From an uncultured Candidatus Saccharibacteria bacterium (GTDB lineage: Bacteria > Patescibacteriota > Minisyncoccia > Phycocordibacterales > PALSA-1337), in NCBI GenBank assembly GCA_964459225.1, contig CAYWKB010000001.1, forward strand, positions 180,140-244,139: 64,000 nt of DNA, read 5' to 3'. Made by a program: the position numbers and the translations under genes. The stretch's first letter is position 1, and each line of letters opens with the position of its first letter. Shown in pieces: positions 37,541 through 47,914 of this stretch. The notes below the pieces were generated by a model. The model was not told the origin of the DNA. It saw only the letters and a list, made by a program, of their open reading frames with translations, and did not search any database.

Positions 37541-38623
37541 ATGACAAAATTTCAACTAAGAAATAGGACAATAAATTTTCTTAATAGTTTCGGTGAAAAA
37601 AATAAGATTAAAACGAAGTTAAAAAATATATGCGGTAAAACAGGTCAATATAATGTCCCTAATGAATTATTTCAAAAGAGAACTTCCCGAAAGAATCGTG
37701 TTCTAATTTCTTGGAAAACCGTAGATAAAAATCAACTTACACTTGAACAGCTTAAAACTTTTTCGGGTGGTGTAGTTGTTGAGTTTGTTAATAATGATTA
37801 TTTTCAAGAAAATGAGAGTATAAATCCATTATTTAATATATTAAAGGGTAAATTAGGTTCAGATGATATTGTGTCTTCAATGATCTCTATAAGAAATGAG
37901 GAGGGTAGTTCCTCTTCACAAATACCAAGAAGTGCCTTTGAAAAATTAAATAAGCATTTTCCAAATTGGAAAGACTTAATAATAAAAAGAAGGGATAAAG
38001 TTTCCGAACCTTTGAATATGGGAAATGATAAATGGGAAGGCTATATTTATGTTAATATTGCTGGTGGTCAACAGGATGTAATCAAGTCACATACAAGGTC
38101 CGAATTACTATTTAATCCAGCTTGCGAATTCGCTAACGAAGAAATATGTTTAGATATTGATTTAGTTATGTTGTTTTTTGCTCTCCATAGTATTAATAAG
38201 GAAATTTTATCCGAGGATCAAAGTTGTGAACTAAATAATTTATCAAAAATAATCTCAATTGAATTAAAAAGTAGTAAATATGATAATGGAAACTTGCTAG
38301 ATTATTGCTTAAATCACCTATGTTTAACCCTGGAAAATGGAAAATTATTTGATCCAATCCAATGTGAAGAAATTAATATAATTGATTTTTCAATAGATAA
38401 TAAGGAAGATTCTCGTAATTTAGATTTTACACATAATGAAGCAGTTAATAAGGAAAAGTTTTACTTCGATAATAATAAGAAGTGTGTTTTAACTCCAACA
38501 AGACCCGATAATATTTTTTGGTCAAGACATTTATCAAATATGATGCAACAAAATTTTTCTTTAAATGAGTATTTTAAACATCAAGAAGAGATATTTAAAA
38601 AAATAAAATCGAAATTGAATTGA
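37541..38623 (+). CDS. Probable type II restriction endonuclease (HNH-type, BstXI-like)
   Basis: M<-->C-R layout; KTGQ...FQKRTSRKNRVLI N-terminus; H...NIFWSRHLSNMMQ HNH-like C-terminus. Confidence 0.65.
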   Translation: MTKFQLRNRTINFLNSFGEKNKIKTKLKNICGKTGQYNVPNELFQKRTSRKNRVLISWKTVDKNQLTLEQLKTFSGGVVVEFVNNDYFQENESINPLFNILKGKLGSDDIVSSMISIRNEEGSSSSQIPRSAFEKLNKHFPNWKDLIIKRRDKVSEPLNMGNDKWEGYIYVNIAGGQQDVIKSHTRSELLFNPACEFANEEICLDIDLVMLFFALHSINKEILSEDQSCELNNLSKIISIELKSSKYDNGNLLDYCLNHLCLTLENGKLFDPIQCEEINIIDFSIDNKEDSRNLDFTHNEAVNKEKFYFDNNKKCVLTPTRPDNIFWSRHLSNMMQQNFSLNEYFKHQEEIFKKIKSKLN

Positions 38624-38757
38624 TTTACAAAAAACACCTTCTTTGATAAAAGAAATATAATATCCATTTCTCCAATCCCTCCTACTCCTCTCCTTATCCC
38701 CAAACCCCACCCCCCTCCTCACTATCTTTAATGCTATAATTTACTTAATTACTCTAT

Positions 38758-40506
38758 ATGTTCATCGAAGACACACAGCTTCATAAATTCATTCTTGACT
38801 CCAACCTTGTTTCCAAGGCTGATCTTGAATCTGCTCAAAAGGAGGCTGATAAAAAGGGTATTAGGGTGGGGGAAGTTCTTGTTAGTACTGGGAAAATTAC
38901 TGAAGATAATCTGCGTAGAATGCAAGCTTATGTTCTCGGTATTCCTTTCGTTGATTTGAAAGAAAAGAAAATCCCTTTTGAAACTCTTTCTCTCATCCCT
39001 GAGCCCGTTGCTCGTACTCACAATATTGTTGCTTTTAAAAAGGATGGGGACAATCTTGAAGTTGCTATGCTTGATGTTGATGATCTTTCTGCTATTGATT
39101 TTATTAAGAAAAAGGTCAGTCTTAAGATATTACCTAGACTTACTGATGTTGAATCTATTAAAAATGTTATTATTCAATATCAAAAGAGTTTAAAAGCTGA
39201 ATTCGGTGACCTTATTCAAAAGGAAAGTGCAACTTTGAAAACCATTGCCGAGGAAGGTGGCAAAACTGTTTCTAGTGATGATTTAAAAAAGATTGCTGAA
39301 GATCTTCCTGTTATTCGTATTGTTGATACTCTTTTAAAGCATGCAATTATACAAGATGCTTCGGATATTCATATTGAACCTATGGATGATCAGCTTTTGG
39401 TCAGATATCGTATCGATGGTTTGCTACATGATGCCATGGTCTTACCGAAAAATGCCGAGGCATCTATAACCGCGCGTATTAAGGTGCTTTCTAATCTTAA
39501 ATTGGATGAAAAGCGTTTGCCACAGGATGGTAGGTTTAAAATCGAAATGAATAATGAAAAGGTTTCCTTCCGTGTCTCTATACTTCCTACTTATTATGGT
39601 GAAAAGACTGTTATGCGTTTACTTAGAGAAAGTGTTTCGGGCTTTACTCTTGAATACCTTAACTTCCATGGTGAGGGATTAGAAAGAATACATAATGCTG
39701 TAAAGCTTACAACAGGAATGATACTTACAACTGGCCCTACAGGATCTGGAAAGACTACTACTTTGTATACTGTTTTGGATATTTTAAATCAGCCTGATGT
39801 TAATATTTCAACAATTGAGGATCCTGTTGAATATCAAATGAAAAGAATAAATCAAACTCAGGTAAAGCCGGAAATTGGTTTTACTTTTGCATCTGGTCTT
39901 CGTACTCTTGTTCGTCAGGATCCTGATGTGATCATGGTGGGGGAGATTCGTGATAATGAAACCGCGTCACTTGCGGTGAATGCTGCTCTAACTGGTCACT
40001 TGGTGCTTTCAACTCTTCACACAAACAGTGCTGCGGGAGCAATTCCAAGACTTTTGGATATGAAGATTGAGCCCTTTTTACTTGTTTCTACAATCAACAT
40101 AATAATCGCTCAAAGATTGGTGCGTAAATTGTCAGATACAAAGGAAAAGTATTTTATGAGCAAGGCCGAACTTGCTGCATTGGCTAAAACTGTTGATTTG
40201 GATCGTGTTCTTGAAGCATTAAAAGCCGAAAAAGTTGTTAAGCAAGGTGATACATGGGACAAAATTCCGTTTTGGAAAGCAGTGCCAGGTAAGGACGATG
40301 ATGGATACAAGAGTAGAGTTGGTATACATGAAGTGCTAAAGGTAACCGAAAGTATAAAGACACTCATAATAAAGGGTGCAACAACTGCCGAAATAGAGGC
40401 ACAAGCCAAAAAGGAGGGAATGATAACAATGCTTGAAGATGGAATATTTAAATGCGTAGTCGGTAGCACAACTATAGAGGAAGTATTGAGAGTAATTTCT
40501 GAATAA
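38758..40506 (+). CDS. pilB: Type IV pilus assembly ATPase PilB/GspE
   Basis: ASDIHIEP, RLPQDGR, GPTGSGKTTTLY, TIEDPVEY, RQDPDVIMVGEIRD, TGHLVLSTLH. Confidence 0.95.
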   Translation: MFIEDTQLHKFILDSNLVSKADLESAQKEADKKGIRVGEVLVSTGKITEDNLRRMQAYVLGIPFVDLKEKKIPFETLSLIPEPVARTHNIVAFKKDGDNLEVAMLDVDDLSAIDFIKKKVSLKILPRLTDVESIKNVIIQYQKSLKAEFGDLIQKESATLKTIAEEGGKTVSSDDLKKIAEDLPVIRIVDTLLKHAIIQDASDIHIEPMDDQLLVRYRIDGLLHDAMVLPKNAEASITARIKVLSNLKLDEKRLPQDGRFKIEMNNEKVSFRVSILPTYYGEKTVMRLLRESVSGFTLEYLNFHGEGLERIHNAVKLTTGMILTTGPTGSGKTTTLYTVLDILNQPDVNISTIEDPVEYQMKRINQTQVKPEIGFTFASGLRTLVRQDPDVIMVGEIRDNETASLAVNAALTGHLVLSTLHTNSAAGAIPRLLDMKIEPFLLVSTINIIIAQRLVRKLSDTKEKYFMSKAELAALAKTVDLDRVLEALKAEKVVKQGDTWDKIPFWKAVPGKDDDGYKSRVGIHEVLKVTESIKTLIIKGATTAEIEAQAKKEGMITMLEDGIFKCVVGSTTIEEVLRVISE

Positions 40507-40509
40507 TAT

Positions 40510-41727
40510 ATGTCACATTTTATTTATAAAGCAAAAAAGACAGATGGTGAAATATATAAAGGCGAAAGAGACGCTAAAGATCGTTATGAACTTTATAAAT
40601 TAATAAAAGATAGTGGAGATGAGGTAATAGATGTAAAGGAAAAGTCTGCCAAGGGTTTATCATCACTTAATATTGCAATTCCATTTATTGGATCTATTAA
40701 AACTCAAGAAAAGATTAATTTTGCAAGAAATCTAGGTTCAATGATAACTGCAGGTCTTGCTATGTCACGCGCACTTGCCGTTATGGAAAGGCAAACTAAA
40801 AATAAAGAATTAAAAAAGATTTTAATTGACTTACAGGCGGATATAAATAGCGGAAAGACATTGAGCCAGGCAATGTCGGCACATAAAAAGATGTTTTCAT
40901 CTCTCTTTATATCTATGGTTTCAGCAGGGGAGCAAAGTGGTAATCTCGCAGAGTCTCTTAAAATAGTTGGTAATCAAATGGACAAAAGTTATGCCTTACA
41001 AAGGAGAGTGAGAGGTGCACTTATGTATCCTGCTGTTATCGTTTTTGCGATGATACTTATAGCAATACTTATGCTTACTTATATAGTTCCAACTCTTATG
41101 AAGACATTTACAGAGTTAAAGCTTGAGCTACCAGCATCAACAAAGTTTGTATTGTTTGTAAGTAATATGGTTAGGGATAATGGATTTATTGTACTTATTA
41201 TAACTATCGCTATTATTGCTCTATTGTTTATTTGGTCTAAAAAGGAAAATGGTAAAAAAGTTTTGCATTATGCTATTTTAAAAATACCGATTGTAGGAGG
41301 GATAATACAGGAGGTAAATACAGCAAGAACAGCAAGGACACTTTCATCGCTTTTAAATTCTGGTGTTGATGTGGTTGAATCAATGAAAATAACTGCTGAT
41401 GTTATACAAAATATACATTACAAAAAGGTTTTAGAGCTTTCAAGTAAAAGTATTGAAAAAGGAGACTCTATTTCAAAAGTATTTACTGAAAATAAAAAGC
41501 TGTACCCAATATTCCTTGGTGAAATGATGAGTGTGGGAGAGGAAACGGGTAAGATAGGTGAAATGCTTATGGGCGTGGCTACATTTTATGAAGATGATGT
41601 AGATCAAAAAACAAAAGACATGTCTACAGTTATTGAACCATTCCTTATGGTCTTTATTGGTGCTGTTGTTGGATTTTTCGCTGTTGCGATGATTTCTCCT
41701 ATGTATTCATTGGTAAATGTTATTTAA
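40510..41727 (+). CDS. pilC: Type IV pilus platform protein PilC/GspF
   Basis: AGEQSGNL, ALMYP, VGEETGK, IEPFLM. Confidence 0.95.
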   Translation: MSHFIYKAKKTDGEIYKGERDAKDRYELYKLIKDSGDEVIDVKEKSAKGLSSLNIAIPFIGSIKTQEKINFARNLGSMITAGLAMSRALAVMERQTKNKELKKILIDLQADINSGKTLSQAMSAHKKMFSSLFISMVSAGEQSGNLAESLKIVGNQMDKSYALQRRVRGALMYPAVIVFAMILIAILMLTYIVPTLMKTFTELKLELPASTKFVLFVSNMVRDNGFIVLIITIAIIALLFIWSKKENGKKVLHYAILKIPIVGGIIQEVNTARTARTLSSLLNSGVDVVESMKITADVIQNIHYKKVLELSSKSIEKGDSISKVFTENKKLYPIFLGEMMSVGEETGKIGEMLMGVATFYEDDVDQKTKDMSTVIEPFLMVFIGAVVGFFAVAMISPMYSLVNVI

Positions 41728-41730
41728 TTA

Positions 41731-43524
41731 ATGAAAAATCTTTTCAATAAAAATGTTAAATCAAATAATGGATTTACACTAATTGAAACCTTGGTGGGTG
41801 TGGGAGTATTCCTTGTCATTTCTGTTTCCGCATATCAGGCTTATGTCAGTTTATTTGCGCTTATAAATCAAAATCAATATAAAATAATTGCTCTAAATCT
41901 CGCAAATGAGCAATTTGAAATAATTAGAAATTTAAAGTATTCGGATGTCGGTACTATTTCAGGAATTCCAAATGGTAAAATACCAGCAAGTCAAACTCTA
42001 AACAGGGGAGGAGTGGATTATATTGTTACAACAACCATAAGAAATGTTGATTTGCCTTTTGATGGTACTTTATCTGGCAGTCCAAATGATTTATCTCCTG
42101 CGGATAATAAATTTGTTGAAGTGGATATCACTTGCCCAAGTTGTGCTGTATTTCAGCCTATTAAATTAACGACAACGGTTGCACCGAAAAATCTTGAAAC
42201 ATCATCAACAAATGGTGCACTTATAATAAAAGTATTTGATGCAAACGGAGTTGCTATATCTGGGGCAAATGTTCATATTGAAAATAATAAAATAAATCCA
42301 AAAATTGTTATAGATGATGTGACTGATAATAATGGAATATTGCAAATAGTTGATGCCCCACCTGGAGTAGAGGCATATGAAATAACAGTTACAAAATCTG
42401 GATATACCACGGATATGACATATACAAGTGGTGCTGTGGCTAATCCTAATCCATTAAAACCTCATGCAACGGTGGTGCTTCAAAGTGTTACTCAAATAAG
42501 TTTTTCAATAGATAAAAAGAGTTCAATGAACTTTAGTAGCATGACTCCGACCTGCGTTCCTGTACCTAATATTGATTTTAATTTAAAGGGATCAAAGCTT
42601 ATAGGGACAAATGTAAATAAATATTCTGCAAATCATACAACAAATAGTAGTGGTCAATATACAAATAATAATATTGAATGGGATACATATACTGTAACCG
42701 GGATAGATGGTGCTTATGATATTATCGGTATCAATCCACTTAATCCTGTAAATATTAATCCAGATTCATCACAAAATATTGATATAATCATTGCAAGCAA
42801 GGAACCTAAAAGTGTTTTGGTAACTGTTAAAGATAATATAACTTTATTACCTGTAACTGATGCAACAGTTAAACTCACAGATGATGATGGTCATATTGTC
42901 ACTCTTGTAACAGATAGAGGATTTATAAATCAAACAACATGGGAAGGGGGTGCTGGAGTAGACTACACTGCACAAGATGGAAATATTGAAATCTCAAGTC
43001 CAGATGGTGAAATCAAATTAAAAAATGCTTTCGGTGTATATAATAGTGATGGAGTTTTGGAATCAAAAACTTTTGATACCGGTTCAGCAAGTAATTTCCA
43101 TAATCTTTCATGGACACCAGTTGATCAACCCGTTTCTGCTGGTCCTGCTAGTGTGAAGTTTCAAATAGCAAGTACTGCATCTTCAAGTTCAGAAAATCCA
43201 GTATGGAACTATATAGGGCCAGATGGAACAAATGCGACTTATTATACGGTTTCAGATACTCCAATTTCGACAGTTCATAATGGACATAGATATATAAGAT
43301 ACAAAGTATTTATGCATACAGATGACAATACTGTTACACCAAATATTTCTGATGTTTCATTTACAATGACTTCATCATGTACACCACCGGGTCAAGTTGT
43401 ATTTTCTAATTTAGAATCAGGAAATTATACTTTAAATATTACAAAGACAGGATATTCACCATATACAACAAATGTCACTGTGAATTCTGATTTTAAAGAA
43501 GTTGAAGCAATAATATCACCATAA
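41731..43524 (+). CDS. Large minor pilin with prepilin cleavage motif and Ig/carboxypeptidase-regulatory-like domains
   Basis: NNG|FTLIETLV prepilin motif; YEITVTKSGY and YTLNITKTGY repeats. Confidence 0.88.
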   Translation: MKNLFNKNVKSNNGFTLIETLVGVGVFLVISVSAYQAYVSLFALINQNQYKIIALNLANEQFEIIRNLKYSDVGTISGIPNGKIPASQTLNRGGVDYIVTTTIRNVDLPFDGTLSGSPNDLSPADNKFVEVDITCPSCAVFQPIKLTTTVAPKNLETSSTNGALIIKVFDANGVAISGANVHIENNKINPKIVIDDVTDNNGILQIVDAPPGVEAYEITVTKSGYTTDMTYTSGAVANPNPLKPHATVVLQSVTQISFSIDKKSSMNFSSMTPTCVPVPNIDFNLKGSKLIGTNVNKYSANHTTNSSGQYTNNNIEWDTYTVTGIDGAYDIIGINPLNPVNINPDSSQNIDIIIASKEPKSVLVTVKDNITLLPVTDATVKLTDDDGHIVTLVTDRGFINQTTWEGGAGVDYTAQDGNIEISSPDGEIKLKNAFGVYNSDGVLESKTFDTGSASNFHNLSWTPVDQPVSAGPASVKFQIASTASSSSENPVWNYIGPDGTNATYYTVSDTPISTVHNGHRYIRYKVFMHTDDNTVTPNISDVSFTMTSSCTPPGQVVFSNLESGNYTLNITKTGYSPYTTNVTVNSDFKEVEAIISP

Positions 43525-43525
43525 T

Positions 43526-44143
43526 ATGCAAAAAAATATAATTAAAAATAATGGTTTTAGTCTAATTGAAATAATTATTGTGATTGGAATCTTTTCTATC
43601 ATCATGATTGCAGTCACATCATTTCAGAAAAATGTTTTGGTATACAATAAATACTCTTCTGATTCATTAAACAGCGCACAAGATGCGAGAAATATAATAA
43701 AGGTGATGATAAGGGATTTACGTATTGCATCGCCTAGTAATAATGGAGCATTTGCCATAGCACAAGCAGCAACAAATACTATTACATTTTTTAGTGATAC
43801 AGATGGCGACGGATTAAAAGAGCAAATTAGATATTACATAAATAACAATATACTCATGAAGGGAACTATAAAGCCTACAGGATCTCCTCCGGTGTATAAT
43901 TCAGGTAATGAGACATTGAGTACATTGGCATATAATGTCAAAAATGCTACCAGTACAGCATTGTTTGAATATTTTGATGACAATTATGCTGGTACAAGTA
44001 GTCCTATGATTATGCCGGTAAGTGTAACTGATATACACTTAATAAAGGTTAATTTAATGATTGATGCGGATCCAAATAGATCGCCAATACCAAGACTATA
44101 TACATCACAAGTAAATTTAAGAAATTTAAAAGATAATTTATGA
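43526..44143 (+). CDS. Minor pilin (PilW/PulJ-like)
   Basis: NNG|FSLIEIII; IRDLR motif. Confidence 0.88.
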   Translation: MQKNIIKNNGFSLIEIIIVIGIFSIIMIAVTSFQKNVLVYNKYSSDSLNSAQDARNIIKVMIRDLRIASPSNNGAFAIAQAATNTITFFSDTDGDGLKEQIRYYINNNILMKGTIKPTGSPPVYNSGNETLSTLAYNVKNATSTALFEYFDDNYAGTSSPMIMPVSVTDIHLIKVNLMIDADPNRSPIPRLYTSQVNLRNLKDNL

Positions 44144-45615
44144 TTACAAATTTTTTAAAAAACAAAAATAGAAAAATAAATTCAAATGGTTTTATACTAG
44201 TTAATGTACTCGTATTTGGTGTTATAGCAATAATTGTGACTACTGCTTTGGTAAATTGGGGAGCAACAATGCTTAAAAGTACAAGACAATTAACGGCCAG
44301 GGAACAAGCCTTTCAAATAGCTGAAGCGGGTATTGATTATTATAGATGGCATTTAGCACATGCACCAAATGATTATAAAGATGGTAATGCAACAAGTAGT
44401 TATGGACCATTTCCGCATGATTTTAAAGATAGAGAGGGTAATGTTATAGGAAGATTTGAATTAACTATAACTCCACCTCCACAAGGTTCAACTGTGGTTA
44501 AGATTTTATCAAAAGGAATTGTTGATGAATATCCAGATGTGTATAGGAAAATACAAACCACATTAGCTATTCCTTCATTTGCCAAATTTGCTGTGGTTGC
44601 AAACGATATTATGAGATTTGGTGCGGGTACTGAGGTTTATGGACCAATTCATTCTAATAATGGAATTAGATTTGATGGAATTACACATAATATTATTACA
44701 AGTGCAAAGGACAAATACATTGACCCGGACAATGGTGGACAATATAGATTTGGAGTTTATACAACAGATAGTCCAGCAGACCCCAATCCTCCAGCAGCAG
44801 TGCCAAATAGACCAGATGTGTTTATGGCGGGTAGACAATTTCCAGTTGCGGCAGTTGATTTTACTGGTATTACAACAGATTTATCTCAGATGAAAGCCGA
44901 TGCTCAATCAAACGGTAAGTATTTTGCAGCTTCAGGTGCACAAGGATACAGGATTTTATTGAAGACAAATGATACTTTTGATTTATATAAGGTAAATTCA
45001 TTAAGACCAGTTCCTGGTGCTTGTTATAATCAAAATAATCAGACGGATTGGGGTACATGGAGTATAAATACAGCAAATGGCTCAGAAACATTTATACAAA
45101 ACTATCCATTACCGGTAAATGGAATAATCTTTGCTGAAGATAATATATGGGTAGAAGGCCAAATAGATACAGCAAGAGTAACAATTGCAGCAGGTAAATT
45201 TCCAGACAATGTAAATACAAGGAAAAATATTATTGTTAATAATGATTTAAAGTATACAAATTATGACGGCAGGGATGTTATCTCACTTATTGCTCAGGGA
45301 AATATTACAACAGGATTATTTAGTGATAATAGTTTAAGGATTGATGCAGCACTTATGGCACAAAACGGTAGAGCGGGAAGGTATTATTATAATAATACCT
45401 GTAAACTTGGTGGTACAAATTGGTATGTAAGAGATGATATTACACTTTATGGAATGATAGGTTCAAATCAAAGATATGGTTATGCGTATACGGACAATAC
45501 TGGTTATACAACTAGAAATATAGTTTATGATGGCAATTTACTATACGCACCGCCACCTAGTTTTCCATTGACTTCTGATCAATATAGTACGATATCTTGG
45601 GAAGAGCTAAAGTAG
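44140..45615 (+). CDS. PilX-like minor pilin
   Basis: NG|FILVNVLV (no E5), AFQIAEAGI, C-terminal SWEE. Confidence 0.85.
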   Translation: MITNFLKNKNRKINSNGFILVNVLVFGVIAIIVTTALVNWGATMLKSTRQLTAREQAFQIAEAGIDYYRWHLAHAPNDYKDGNATSSYGPFPHDFKDREGNVIGRFELTITPPPQGSTVVKILSKGIVDEYPDVYRKIQTTLAIPSFAKFAVVANDIMRFGAGTEVYGPIHSNNGIRFDGITHNIITSAKDKYIDPDNGGQYRFGVYTTDSPADPNPPAAVPNRPDVFMAGRQFPVAAVDFTGITTDLSQMKADAQSNGKYFAASGAQGYRILLKTNDTFDLYKVNSLRPVPGACYNQNNQTDWGTWSINTANGSETFIQNYPLPVNGIIFAEDNIWVEGQIDTARVTIAAGKFPDNVNTRKNIIVNNDLKYTNYDGRDVISLIAQGNITTGLFSDNSLRIDAALMAQNGRAGRYYYNNTCKLGGTNWYVRDDITLYGMIGSNQRYGYAYTDNTGYTTRNIVYDGNLLYAPPPSFPLTSDQYSTISWEELK

Positions 45616-45636
45616 CTATGGTATAATCTCTATAAT

Positions 45637-46389
45637 ATGAAAAATAAGATTATTGTAGGGAATTGGAAAATGAATCCAAATACTCTAGAAGAAGCCAAAA
45701 ACATTTTTAATACAATTAAAAAGGTTTCTTTAAAATTAAACAAAGTAAATATTGTTATTTGTCCTCCTTTTACATATTTAAAATCTTTAATAAAAGACGA
45801 AAATAGTATTTCAATTGGTGCACAAAATGTATTTAGTGAAGAACAGGGTTCATTTACAGGCGAGATAAGTGCAAATATGTTAAAAGATTTAGGTGTTAAA
45901 TATGTTATAGTCGGACATTCAGAAAGGAGGAAAATGGGCGAAACAGATCAATTGATATCAAAAAAGATTCAATTAACTCTCGATTTAGGGATAAATACAA
46001 TATTATGTATTGGTGAAATGCAAAGAACAGATCAGGGAGAGCATCTGGACTATATTAAAGAGCAGATTAAAAATTCACTCGATAAGGTTTCAAAGAAAAA
46101 TATTTCAAAATTAATTATCGCTTATGAACCAGTGTGGGCAATAGGGGGTAAAGAGGCGATGAATAGTGCGATGATAAATGAAATGGTGATATTTATCAGG
46201 AAAACCATTAGTGATATATATGGACATGATATTGCAATGTCTATACCAGTGCTTTATGGGGGATCTGTAAATTTCAGAAATGCACGAGATATAATCATAG
46301 AAGGTAATGTAGATGGTTTATTGGTAGGTAGGGAAAGTCTAAATACAGAAGGATTTAGTGAATTATTAAAAACAATAGATATACTATAA
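45637..46389 (+). CDS. tpiA: Triosephosphate isomerase
   Basis: GNWKMN, VGHSERR, AYEPVWAIG, LYGGSV. Confidence 0.97.
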   Translation: MKNKIIVGNWKMNPNTLEEAKNIFNTIKKVSLKLNKVNIVICPPFTYLKSLIKDENSISIGAQNVFSEEQGSFTGEISANMLKDLGVKYVIVGHSERRKMGETDQLISKKIQLTLDLGINTILCIGEMQRTDQGEHLDYIKEQIKNSLDKVSKKNISKLIIAYEPVWAIGGKEAMNSAMINEMVIFIRKTISDIYGHDIAMSIPVLYGGSVNFRNARDIIIEGNVDGLLVGRESLNTEGFSELLKTIDIL

Positions 46390-46393
46390 ACGA

Positions 46394-47482
46394 ATGAAAT
46401 TCTTAAAAGATATTGAAAAAGAAGGTATAGATTTAAATGGATTAAAAGTTTTATTAAGACTTGATTTAAATGTTCCAGTCGCAGATGGAAAGGTTGTAGA
46501 TGATTATAGGATTAAAAAATCATTGAAAACAATTAACTTTTTGAAAGATAAGGGTGCAAAAATAATAATATTAAGTCATATTGAAACAAAGGATAATCCG
46601 AGTTTAAAACCAATTTGTCATCATTTAAGTTCACTCGGTATTGAATGTTATTTTGAAGATAATTATAGAAATATAATTAAAGTGATAGATCAAAATCAAA
46701 TAGTCTTACTCGAAAATATAAGAAAATATGAAGGTGAAAAAGATAACGAAAGAGATTTTGCAAAACAATTAGCAAGCCTAGCAGATATATATGTAAATGA
46801 TGCATTTGCTGTATCACATCGTAAACATGCTTCTATTTGTGCAATTACAGAGTTTATACCAAGTTATGCTGGACTACAGTTTCAAGATGAAATAGATAAT
46901 TTAAAATCAGCATTTGAGCCCGATAGACCATTTTTATTTATCATCGGTGGTGCAAAATTTGATACAAAGTTACCTTTAATTAAAAAGTTTTTAAATATTG
47001 CAGACAAGGTGTTTATTGGTGGTGCATTGGTGCATGATATATATAAAGCAAAGGGAATAGACATTGGTGATTCACTTGTTTCAGATATTATCCCAGACTT
47101 AAGTGGAATATTGGATAATGATAAATTGATCATGCCTATTGATAGTGTGTATAAAGATAAAGCAATAATGGATATTGGTAATAAGACAATTGATGTTTTG
47201 ATAAAAGAAATACCAAAATATAAATATATATTATGGAATGGCCCTATGGGTGCATATGAAGGTGGATACAAAAACGGTACCGTTGAATTGGCAAAGGTTT
47301 TATCACAAGTAACTAAAAATGGTGTAAAAACAATAGTCGGTGGTGGAGATACTCTAGCTACAATTCGAGAGTTAAACATTGAGGATTCATTTACTTTTGT
47401 TTCGACTGCCGGAGGTGCAATGCTTGATTATCTAGCACAGGGAACTTTACCAGGAATTGAAGCATTAAATATTGAAAAATAA
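46394..47482 (+). CDS. pgk: Phosphoglycerate kinase
   Basis: RLDLNVP, LLENIR, NDAFAVSHR, WNGPMG, GGGDT, STAGGA. Confidence 0.96.
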   Translation: MKFLKDIEKEGIDLNGLKVLLRLDLNVPVADGKVVDDYRIKKSLKTINFLKDKGAKIIILSHIETKDNPSLKPICHHLSSLGIECYFEDNYRNIIKVIDQNQIVLLENIRKYEGEKDNERDFAKQLASLADIYVNDAFAVSHRKHASICAITEFIPSYAGLQFQDEIDNLKSAFEPDRPFLFIIGGAKFDTKLPLIKKFLNIADKVFIGGALVHDIYKAKGIDIGDSLVSDIIPDLSGILDNDKLIMPIDSVYKDKAIMDIGNKTIDVLIKEIPKYKYILWNGPMGAYEGGYKNGTVELAKVLSQVTKNGVKTIVGGGDTLATIRELNIEDSFTFVSTAGGAMLDYLAQGTLPGIEALNIEK

Positions 47483-47483
47483 T

Positions 47484-47843
47484 TTAGATATTTTGTCTTA
47501 TTAATTTTGCATTATTTTCAAAATCCTTTTTATCTCCTATTACATCTCTATTTGGAAATATCCAAATATGAGCATGATGAACTTCTTCGCCAACTATTTT
47601 ACTTAATATAAAGTCTGTTTTAAATGCTTTTTGCTGTGCTAGGGCTACCTTTTTTGCTATTTCAAAATATTCACCGGCATTTGGAACATCCCATACCCAT
47701 CTATAATGTGTTTTGGGTACTATAAGTGTATGTCCAACAGTTTCGGGATTAATGCTTAAAAATGCTAGAAAATTATCGTCTTCATAAACGATATTTGATG
47801 GCAGTTCCTTTTTTATTATTTTACAAAATATACAATTATCCAT
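47484..47843 (-). CDS. HIT family protein
   Basis: CIFCKI, GHTLIVPK, VHHAHIW. Confidence 0.92.
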   Translation of the reverse strand: MDNCIFCKIIKKELPSNIVYEDDNFLAFLSINPETVGHTLIVPKTHYRWVWDVPNAGEYFEIAKKVALAQQKAFKTDFILSKIVGEEVHHAHIWIFPNRDVIGDKKDFENNAKLIRQNI

Positions 47844-47914
47844 AAATAATATAATAACACAAAAATCAGCTCTATTTTCATCGCGATTTTATCCTATCTG
47901 ATATACTTATTGCC

